Shown here: positions 15,567 to 22,920 of the stretch, one piece after another | Numbering within the stretch: the first letter of the stretch is position 1 | How the letters are laid out: every line of letters starts with the position of its first letter | From: Prochlorococcus marinus subsp. pastoris str. CCMP1986 | GTDB taxonomy: Bacteria; Cyanobacteriota; Cyanobacteriia; PCC-6307; Cyanobiaceae | Reading direction: 5' to 3' | Assembly: GCF_000011465.1 (NCBI RefSeq) | Contig: NC_005072.1 | Coordinates: 960,001 to 992,000, forward strand | DNA length: 32,000 nucleotides | Program-made: the position numbers and the translations under genes | Notes under the pieces: model-generated | Told to the model about the DNA's origin: nothing | The model's input: only the letters and a program-made list of their open reading frames with translations | The model's database searches: none

Positions 15567-16988
15567 ATGTCAATTTTTAAAAAAGTAATCTTTAGTAATA
15601 AGAGATCTAATCATTCTGTTATCAAAAACTCTTTATTAGCTGGAACCGTATTATTATCAACAGTTGCTCAAGATGTTTTAGCGAAAGAAAAATCATATGT
15701 AGCTGTAGAGCCACTCACTTGCGATTTAGTAAAATCTATTGCCTTACCTTCTGATGAAGTAACTTGTTTGGTTGATAGAAAACAAGATGTACATGACTTT
15801 AAAATAACTCCAAGACAAGCTCAATTACTTAAAAGTGCGGATAAAGTTTTTACTCTAGGGAAAGAGATGACCCCAAGCATGAAAAATTGGGAGGGTAAGC
15901 CTCAAACAGTTGTAATTGGTGTAAGTGCTATAGATATAGATGATCACTCTGGGCATGATGACCATGCAGAAGGTTCATTTGAATGGGCAGGCAAATTTCA
16001 ACTCTCTAAAGGTTCCTACAAATGGTCATTCGCAAAGGTAGGAGGGGAATATGCAGATCCAGCTATGAAAATGGTGATTCTCGAATCAAATGATATTGAA
16101 TCTTCTGAAAAACTTGCTAAAGAACTATTAGGTTCTAAGAAGTCAATAAATAAAAAAAATAATGGGACTCTTGTAGCTAGTAATAAAGCCTATGTTCTTA
16201 ATTTTGATCAAGGGAAGGAGAGTACAGTATTTAATGTAGAAATTCAAGAAGATGGCCAATATACATTCTTCACTGAACATATGCCTTTTGAGTTTGAAGC
16301 CGAAGAACACTTCTTTAAAGATTTATCTAATAGCGATGTTGAACCAATTGCACAAGTTCCAGATGAAGGCGAGGGAAATCATCACCATGATCACGGAGGA
16401 TTAGATCCACATGTTTGGCATGATCCTCATAACATCAAAAAGATGGGAGAAGTTGTAAGTAAAAGTTTAAAGAAAGATATCTCTGTTTTTAATAGATCTG
16501 ACAGGAAATCAATCAATGCGAGCTTTGCTTCAGTAGATTCAACACTAGAAGAACTTGATAGCTGGATTGTTGCACAGGTCTCAACAATTCCAGAATCCAA
16601 CAGAGTTATTGTATCTAAACATAAAGCAATGGAATATTACGGCAATGCTTTTGGATTTGAGACTATTAGCTTACTAGATTTTATTGGTGACTCATCAAGT
16701 TTAAGACCTGACAATATTCAATCAACGTTGAAGATGCTTGATGAAGAAAATGTTAAGGCAATATTTCCTGAACAAATACCAGCTTCTAAGTTATTAAAAA
16801 ACTTGAGTAGACAAAGTTCAGTTCCTTTAGCTTCTAATCAAATATTTGTTGATGGATTAATGATGACAGGGAATACAGTTTCTGTTGCTGTTCACAATAC
16901 ATGTACCATTGTTAATTCATTAGGTGGAACATGTGATAAGGAAGCAGGCTCCAGCATTGAAGGCAACTGGATTTCTCTACAAAATTAA
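15567..16988 (+). CDS. znuA: Cluster-9 periplasmic metal (zinc)-binding protein with a large insertion in its His-rich loop
   Basis: 473 aa with an N-terminal signal-like segment. The canonical blocks DVHDFKITP, GGLDPHVWHDPHN, VSKHKAMEYYGNAFG and IFPEQ are present. His-rich stretches DDHSGHDDH and GNHHHDHGG flank about 140 extra residues (aa ~125-277). Confidence 0.85.
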   Translation: MSIFKKVIFSNKRSNHSVIKNSLLAGTVLLSTVAQDVLAKEKSYVAVEPLTCDLVKSIALPSDEVTCLVDRKQDVHDFKITPRQAQLLKSADKVFTLGKEMTPSMKNWEGKPQTVVIGVSAIDIDDHSGHDDHAEGSFEWAGKFQLSKGSYKWSFAKVGGEYADPAMKMVILESNDIESSEKLAKELLGSKKSINKKNNGTLVASNKAYVLNFDQGKESTVFNVEIQEDGQYTFFTEHMPFEFEAEEHFFKDLSNSDVEPIAQVPDEGEGNHHHDHGGLDPHVWHDPHNIKKMGEVVSKSLKKDISVFNRSDRKSINASFASVDSTLEELDSWIVAQVSTIPESNRVIVSKHKAMEYYGNAFGFETISLLDFIGDSSSLRPDNIQSTLKMLDEENVKAIFPEQIPASKLLKNLSRQSSVPLASNQIFVDGLMMTGNTVSVAVHNTCTIVNSLGGTCDKEAGSSIEGNWISLQN

Positions 16989-16999
16989 ACTTTTCTATA

Positions 17000-17018
17000 G
17001 ATAACGGTTTTCATTATC
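17000..17018. promoter_or_regulatory. Candidate Fur/Zur box upstream of the COG0523 gene
   Basis: Read on the minus strand this is GATAATGAAAACCGTTATC. It matches the classical Fur-box consensus at 16 of 19 positions by my count. It lies inside the longer inverted repeat TAGATAA-N9-TTATCTA (16998-17020), 57 bp before the ATG at 17075. Confidence 0.5.
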
Positions 17019-17074
17019 TAATAATGTCTAGTATATTGATTGCTAGGCATTATTTTAATTAGATCAATTAATAG

Positions 17075-18433
17075 ATGAGTATCAACGAAAAAGTTCCTGT
17101 TACAATCCTTACTGGATTCTTAGGCTCAGGTAAAACAACTCTTCTTAATAGAATATTAAGTGAAGAGCATGGTAAGAGAATCGCTGTTATTGAGAATGAA
17201 TACGGTGAAGTTGGGATAGATCAAGGTCTTGTAATAAATGCTGATGAAGAAGTATTTGAAATGTCTAATGGTTGCATTTGTTGTACTGTTCGCGGAGATC
17301 TTATTAGAGTCCTTGGTAATTTAATGAAAAGAAGGGATAAATTTGACTACGTTTTAGTTGAAACAACTGGGTTAGCTGACCCTGGTCCTGTTGCTCAAAC
17401 ATTTTTTATGGATGAAGAAATTAGTTCTGAATTCACACTTGATGGAATAGTTACATTAGTTGATGCAGCTCATATTGATCAACAACTTGGGCGTAGTGAT
17501 GAGAGTTCTGAACAAGTGGCATTTGCAGATGTCTTAGTCCTTAATAAAACGGATTTAGTCTCAAATGATGCTCTTGACAACCTTGAATCAAGATTAAGAG
17601 ATATGAATCGAATGACTCGTATTATTCGAGCAGAGAAAGCAGATGTTCCTATTGAGACAGTTTTAAATTTAAGTGCTTTCGATCTTGACCAAATTTTAAA
17701 GCGTAGACCAACTTTCTTAGAACCTGAATATCCTTTTGAATGGTCAGGAGTTTATGAGCTTGAGCCTGGAAAATATGAATTAAAACTTGAAGAAGGGCCT
17801 GATCCTGAAATGTCCTTAGTAGCTTTTGCTAATCAAGGATTTAGTGAAGAAGAATTAAAAGAGAGTGCAGAAGCCTCTGTAAGACTTTATGCAGAAAAAG
17901 CTAAAAACTTAGAATCTGGAAATACTATTCCATATGATGAGCATGTAAGTCTTAAATTGCAAAACAAAGGATCTAAATCTTTTATTTTGGATATTGAAAA
18001 AGCGTCAAAAATTGGATTGTTCACACAACATACTGCTGAAGAATTCAATATGAAAGTGCTAAAAATAGACTCCCAAGATAATGTTAAGGAAATTCCTTTT
18101 AAAACTGAAAGAAACTGGGTCGCAGAACATGAACATGATGATGAAGTTGGATCAATTGCAATAGAGCGTTTTGGAGATGTAGATCCTGAAAAGTTGAATA
18201 CTTGGATGGGAAGACTTCTTTCCGAGAAAGGAGTTGATATATTCAGAACAAAAGGGTTTATTAGTTATTCTGGCAACCCACGCCGAATAGTATTTCAAGG
18301 AGTTCATATGTTATTTACTGCCCAACCAGATAAAGAATGGGGAAATGAACCACGGAGAAATCAACTCGTGTTTATTGGAAGAAATCTAAATGAAAAAGAA
18401 ATGCAAGAGGGATTTGATAAGTGCCTGATATAG
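17075..18433 (+). CDS. COG0523-family (CobW/YjiA/ZigA-like) G3E GTPase, a putative zinc metallochaperone, with an inserted module
   Basis: 452 aa with Walker A GFLGSGKTT, the family metal motif GCICC, and ETTGLADP and NKTD. The CobW_C-like C-terminus reads …IFRTKGFISY…RIVFQGVH…LVFIGRNL. About 135 extra residues (aa ~221-356) separate the two domains and end in EHEHDDE. Confidence 0.9.
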   Translation: MSINEKVPVTILTGFLGSGKTTLLNRILSEEHGKRIAVIENEYGEVGIDQGLVINADEEVFEMSNGCICCTVRGDLIRVLGNLMKRRDKFDYVLVETTGLADPGPVAQTFFMDEEISSEFTLDGIVTLVDAAHIDQQLGRSDESSEQVAFADVLVLNKTDLVSNDALDNLESRLRDMNRMTRIIRAEKADVPIETVLNLSAFDLDQILKRRPTFLEPEYPFEWSGVYELEPGKYELKLEEGPDPEMSLVAFANQGFSEEELKESAEASVRLYAEKAKNLESGNTIPYDEHVSLKLQNKGSKSFILDIEKASKIGLFTQHTAEEFNMKVLKIDSQDNVKEIPFKTERNWVAEHEHDDEVGSIAIERFGDVDPEKLNTWMGRLLSEKGVDIFRTKGFISYSGNPRRIVFQGVHMLFTAQPDKEWGNEPRRNQLVFIGRNLNEKEMQEGFDKCLI

Positions 18434-19494
18434 AACCTTTTAGCCCTAGAGGCATGTTTCATGAAGGTTGGTCTGCTGAAGTTGATGATTATGCAATAGT
18501 TTGTGGTTGGGCTTTAAAAGGGAAACTCTTTATCGTTGGAGACGTAGTTGGAGGGCTTTATGGGTTCGACGGAGATACAGGAAAGCTTATTTGGAAACAA
18601 GATGAAGCCCATTCCGGAGGTCTTCTTGCAATGTCTATCCATCCGAATGGAGAGATTTTTGCAACTTCAGGGCAAGACGGAATAGTTCGAATATTAAATT
18701 GCAATAATGGGGAGGAAATTAAAGCCATTAAACTTGGTAAAGGTTGGGTTGAACATTTAAGTTGGTCAAATGGAGGTTTATATTTAGCCGTAGCTTTTTC
18801 CAAAAAAGTATATGTATTTAATCAAGATGGTAATGAACAATGGGGTTCAGAAGAACATCCGAGTACAGTAAGTGCCATATCGTGGTCGAATAAGAATGAG
18901 TTAGCAACTGCATGCTACGGACGCGTAACTTTCTTTGATATAGCAAACAAAAAGACTAATCAGAAACTTGAATGGCAAGGTTCACTAGTTTCGATGCAGT
19001 TAAGCCCTGATGGAGATATTGTCGCCTGTGGGAGTCAAGATAATTCGGTACATTTCTGGCGTAGATCAACTGGACTTGATGCTGAAATGACAGGTTATCC
19101 TGGAAAGCCTTCTCACCTTTCTTTTGATGATAGTGGCATGCTATTAGCAACTAGTGGTAGCGAAAGAATTACAGTATGGAGTTTTTCAGGAAATGGCCCT
19201 GAAGGAACGATGCCAGGAGAATTATGTCATCATACTGAACCAATTTCTAGCCTAGCTTTTTCTAACAAAGGTTTACTAGTCGCTTCAGGTTCAAGAGATG
19301 GTTCAGTAGTAGCTAGTTTTCTTAAAAACGACGGAAATGGGGATCCTGTAGGAGCTGCTTTTGCTGGAGATTTAGTTGGAGATATTGCTTGGAGACCCGA
19401 TGACTGCGCTTTAGCTGCAGTTAATGCGAAGGGTGTTGTAACCGTTTGGAATTTTAAAGTCCGAACAAGTTCCTCTTCAAAAGGATTCAAGTAA
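18421..19494 (+). CDS. WD40-repeat beta-propeller protein
   Basis: 357 aa with repeated WD-like units (…IFATSGQDGIVRILN…, …IVACGSQDNSVHFW…, …LLATSGSERITVW…, …LVASGSRDGSVV…, …AVNAKGVVTVWN). The GTG start overlaps the COG0523 stop by 13 nt. An alternative ATG lies at 18454. Confidence 0.85.
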   Translation: MPDIEPFSPRGMFHEGWSAEVDDYAIVCGWALKGKLFIVGDVVGGLYGFDGDTGKLIWKQDEAHSGGLLAMSIHPNGEIFATSGQDGIVRILNCNNGEEIKAIKLGKGWVEHLSWSNGGLYLAVAFSKKVYVFNQDGNEQWGSEEHPSTVSAISWSNKNELATACYGRVTFFDIANKKTNQKLEWQGSLVSMQLSPDGDIVACGSQDNSVHFWRRSTGLDAEMTGYPGKPSHLSFDDSGMLLATSGSERITVWSFSGNGPEGTMPGELCHHTEPISSLAFSNKGLLVASGSRDGSVVASFLKNDGNGDPVGAAFAGDLVGDIAWRPDDCALAAVNAKGVVTVWNFKVRTSSSSKGFK

Positions 19495-19510
19495 TTTCTA
19501 GCTTATAGAT

Positions 19511-19684
19511 TTACCAATAATTAGTTTTCAAATGTCTCTCAATACAAATCACTTCGCAATCATTATCAATACCTTTTGGATGAATATCGCAATATGAAAG
19601 ACATTGTAAATATTCATCTACGGGATTATTTTTATTATTATTAATATCATTATTGTGATTATTTTGAATTTTTGAATTAGTCAT
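19511..19684 (-). CDS. Possible 57-aa Asn-rich protein with a twin CX3C motif
   Basis: Hand translation gives MTNSKIQNNHNNDINNNKNNPVDEYLQCLSYCDIHPKGIDNDCEVICIERHLKTNYW*. It converges on the end of the WD40 gene and is below the track cut-off. Confidence 0.4.
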   Translation of the reverse strand: MTNSKIQNNHNNDINNNKNNPVDEYLQCLSYCDIHPKGIDNDCEVICIERHLKTNYW

Positions 19685-20185
19685 AAATAGATTTCCTCAA
19701 TTCATTTAGGGTTAACATAAACGAGAGAGATAAGAAAAGAAATAAGCAAAACTTACTAAAAAAATAAACAAGAAATATATAAAATTTAAAGCTTAAAATA
19801 AACAAATTGATTATTACTATGGGACATTTTGGATTAAAAATCAATGCGTATAAAAACGGATTGTTTTTTTAAAAGTTTTTAATTAATTTGTGATTGTTGA
19901 GTTTTAGGAGGTCTTTCAAAATGATCGATAGCCTGCCTGCAATTTCGGAATAATTCCGAACTAATTTAATTAACTGCTCCAATTATTTTTTATTAATGTC
20001 TGAACTTACTTCTTTCGCATCGTTTAGGTGCCCTACAAGAAAAAGTTCAATTCTAGAGTCTTTGCCCCAGTTAAAAACTATTAGTTTATTAAGGTTATTT
20101 TTAGCTGAAAAATAATTAACAACAAGGATCAATGATTTAGGCTAGTTGTTAATTTTGATAGATAAAATAAGTAAGAAAATAAAAG

Positions 20186-20211
20186 GAGAGCTTTTAAAAG
20201 CTCTCTTTTTT
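20186..20211 (+). terminator. Rho-independent terminator
   Basis: GAGAGC-ttttaaaa-GCTCTC is followed by TTTTTT. No annotated CDS lies immediately upstream, so it may terminate an ncRNA. Confidence 0.6.
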
Positions 20212-20300
20212 ATTTGGGCTAAAAAAACAAACTTTGGCATTATTATATTTTTTTAGCTATCTATTGTAATAAGAAACTTTATTTGGATAGATATAAAATA

Positions 20301-20444
20301 ATGTCAAAAAAACTTAGATTTTTTTCTGATTTATTAGCTAGAGCTGTTAATGAAATCGAATACAAAAATGTTCTTAAAAAATTAAAGAAACAAGATCTTA
20401 TAGCAGATGTAGATGATCAGAGATCACACCATTTTTATTCATAG
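20301..20444 (+). CDS. Possible 47-aa hypothetical protein
   Basis: Hand translation gives MSKKLRFFSDLLARAVNEIEYKNVLKKLKKQDLIADVDDQRSHHFYS*. Confidence 0.3.
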   Translation: MSKKLRFFSDLLARAVNEIEYKNVLKKLKKQDLIADVDDQRSHHFYS

Positions 20445-20572
20445 AGAAGGGGACTAAATTGAACCATTGGTATAAATCTTTTACTTCAAAAAGCTTACTT
20501 TGGCTAAAAGTCTTATTACAAAATAAATTTTTTATATCTTTAATAATAAGAAAAATAATTTTGTTTTAATCC

Positions 20573-20899
20573 ATGAATAATTACTATTGTCCATACTGTA
20601 ATCCCAAATATCAATTTCAAAAAAAATCAACATCTGGAGAATTAATATGTGGGTTATGTGGTGACCCTCTAGTAAAAAAGCCATTGATTAAAATTAATCA
20701 AATAATTGCTATTATTGCCTCCTTATCGCTAGTACTTCCATTGATTTACACGTTTATTATTTTAATTAAAAACCAAATAAATCCTCCTAGTAGAAACTAC
20801 AATGCAATTACAAATTTTATCGAGAAAAATTCAAAAACAAGATTTTATCAACCTCTACAAAGTGATTTAATTAAACAAGAATCATCATCTTCAATTTGA
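20573..20899 (+). CDS. Zinc-ribbon (CxxC…CxxC) protein with a TM helix
   Basis: 108 aa. The N-terminus is YYCPYCNPKYQF…LICGLCGDPL, followed by IIAIIASLSLVLPLIYTFIILI. Confidence 0.55.
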   Translation: MNNYYCPYCNPKYQFQKKSTSGELICGLCGDPLVKKPLIKINQIIAIIASLSLVLPLIYTFIILIKNQINPPSRNYNAITNFIEKNSKTRFYQPLQSDLIKQESSSSI

Positions 20900-21069
20900 T
20901 TTTTATAACTAGAATTATTTAACTCTTTATTCATAATTAATGGTTTAACAGATTCTTTACAATGATTTTTACATCCTCCATTAAATAAATTGTGAGCTTG
21001 TAAAAAGTGAGTATTTGTTAAAAAGATAAACAAGATTAATTTAAAAGTTTGTTTTATTTTGGATTTCAT
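20848..21069 (-). CDS. Possible small secreted four-Cys peptide
   Basis: From the internal Met the sequence starts MKSKIKQTFKLILFIFLTNTHFLQA, a signal-peptide-like segment. It continues HNLFNGGCKNHCKESVKPL…DDDSCLIKSLCRG*. The longer track ORF (to 21120) would overlap the upstream gene. Confidence 0.4.
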   Translation of the reverse strand: MKSKIKQTFKLILFIFLTNTHFLQAHNLFNGGCKNHCKESVKPLIMNKELNNSSYKNQIEDDDSCLIKSLCRG

Positions 21070-21110
21070 TTTTAGTAAATTATTTACCAAGCCTGGATTG
21101 ATATTATCAA

Positions 21111-21347
21111 CTAATTCCAAGGAGTGTTAATCAATCCCCAAATATCAAAAAAGAAAAATAAAATTGCAATAACAACTAAATCCCAGGCCCTTTCCCTAAA
21201 AGCCCAAGGCGCTATAAAAACTTCTCCCAAACCATGAAGTGCAGCTCCAGTAGGTAGATGATCTAAAACAAGCAAACTATGAGAGAGAATAAAAAGTAAA
21301 CTCGCAAAATATCTAAAAAAAACAAATTGCCAATTGCCAGAATTCAT
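21111..21347 (-). CDS. Hypothetical small membrane protein (two or three TM helices)
   Basis: 78-aa ORF with hydrophobic segments FASLLFILSHSLLVL and LVVIAILFFFFDIWGL. Confidence 0.55.
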   Translation of the reverse strand: MNSGNWQFVFFRYFASLLFILSHSLLVLDHLPTGAALHGLGEVFIAPWAFRERAWDLVVIAILFFFFDIWGLINTPWN

Positions 21348-21473
21348 GTTTTTTATATTTTTAAGAAATATAGTTCAATGCATAAAATATTGAAATAGAT
21401 TTAGTTTATGGATATTTCTTTTTGTAGTTTTAAATACTAAATATCGTCCCAAGCTAAAGTAAAAAGTTAATAA

Positions 21474-22919
21474 ATGAAGAGATATATGTTTTCAAATTAT
21501 CGTCCTAAAAATAATTTTGATGAATACTTTAAAGATAATTTAAATTCTGCTAGAGAAATTTTAACCCCCTTATTATCTTCCCTAGATAATATGGGTTTAG
21601 AAGAACTAAACAGAAATCATTCGGCGGCCAAAAAGTTATTACTAAGACATGGAGCAACTTTTAGGCTAAACGACACAGGCTTAAAAGGTACAGAAAGAAT
21701 ATTACCTTTTGACCCTTTACCGAGAATAATAAGTAAGCATGACTGGATAACCTTAGAAGAAGGATTAAAGCAGAGACTTGAGGCAATAGATCTTTTCTTA
21801 GATGATATATATAATTCTCAAAATATAATTAATGATGGAATAATTCCAAGAGAATTAATTGAGAGCTCAGATGGATGGAGGCCTCAAATGTTGGGTTTTA
21901 AGCCTCCATTAAACAAATGGTGTCAAATATCAGGACTTGATTTAATAAGAGATGGTAAAGGTACTTGGCATGTTTTAGAAGACAACTTAAGATGTCCTTC
22001 TGGTGTGGCTTATTTTTTGGAGAATAGATTAGTGATGAAGAATATCTTCCCTAATCTTTTCTCAGGCAGGATAGTTAAACCTATTGATGAATACCCATCA
22101 TTTTTATTAAAGACTCTCCAAGAACTAGCTGTTTGGACTGATACACCAAAAATAGTTTTATTAACACCTGGGATTTTTAATAGTGCATATTTTGAACATA
22201 GTTACTTAGCCCAAGAAATGGGTATTCAATTAGTTCAAGGTCATGATTTAATTTGTAACGATGAATATGTTTACTTAAAGACTACTTCTGGATTAAAAAG
22301 AGTAGATGTAATTTATAGAAGGATTGATGATGATTTTTTAGATCCTGTACATTTTAGAAAAGATTCATATTTAGGTGTTAGTGGTTTACTAGATGTCATG
22401 AAGGCGGGTCATGTTGCTGTTGCGAATGTTCCCGGGACAGGAATAGCAGATGACAAAATGATTTATTCATTTGTTCCTAAAATGATCAAATATTTTCTTG
22501 ATGAAGAACCAATAATAAAAAATGTTGAAACCTATATTTGTTATTACGAAAAGGATAGAGAATATGTCTTAAAGAACCTTCCAAAACTTGTTGTCAAATC
22601 AGTCTCTGAAGCTGGTGGTTATGGAATGTTAATTGGTCCTCAATCAACTTCAACTGAGATAAATGAATTCTCGGATAAAATTAAAAGTAATCCCAGAAAT
22701 TTTATAGCTCAACCTACTCTAGAACTTTCTACGGTTCCATCGTTATGCGATGGTGAACTTTATCCTTGTCACGTTGATTTAAGACCTTACATTTTAAGAG
22801 GAAAGGATTCATGGGTAAGTCCAGGAGGTCTTACTAGAGTTGCTTTAAAAAAAGGTTCATTAGTAGTCAATTCTTCTCAAGGAGGGGGTTGCAAAGATAC
22901 ATGGGTTGTAGGAAATTAG
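21474..22919 (+). CDS. Circularly permuted ATP-grasp type 2 protein (COG2308-like)
   Basis: 481 aa. Blocks such as …ERILPFDPLPRII…, …CPSGVAYFLENR…, …VDVIYRRIDDDFLDP…, …VANVPGTGIADDK… and …FIAQPTLELS… are characteristic of this family. It is the first gene of a three-gene coupled operon. Confidence 0.9.
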   Translation: MKRYMFSNYRPKNNFDEYFKDNLNSAREILTPLLSSLDNMGLEELNRNHSAAKKLLLRHGATFRLNDTGLKGTERILPFDPLPRIISKHDWITLEEGLKQRLEAIDLFLDDIYNSQNIINDGIIPRELIESSDGWRPQMLGFKPPLNKWCQISGLDLIRDGKGTWHVLEDNLRCPSGVAYFLENRLVMKNIFPNLFSGRIVKPIDEYPSFLLKTLQELAVWTDTPKIVLLTPGIFNSAYFEHSYLAQEMGIQLVQGHDLICNDEYVYLKTTSGLKRVDVIYRRIDDDFLDPVHFRKDSYLGVSGLLDVMKAGHVAVANVPGTGIADDKMIYSFVPKMIKYFLDEEPIIKNVETYICYYEKDREYVLKNLPKLVVKSVSEAGGYGMLIGPQSTSTEINEFSDKIKSNPRNFIAQPTLELSTVPSLCDGELYPCHVDLRPYILRGKDSWVSPGGLTRVALKKGSLVVNSSQGGGCKDTWVVGN

Positions 22920-22920
22920 A

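Noticed and set aside
18558-19490. Three minus-strand ORFs (18558-18803, 18956-19150 and 19230-19490) inside the WD40 gene
   Set aside because: These are shadow ORFs in a relatively GC-richer CDS. The WD40 repeats on the plus strand are unambiguous.
19997-20116. 39-codon plus-strand ORF (MSELTSFASFRCPTRK…) in the long intergenic gap
   Set aside because: The composition is not protein-like and the region is packed with hairpins. It is more consistent with a structured RNA, so I treated it under the ncRNA finding.
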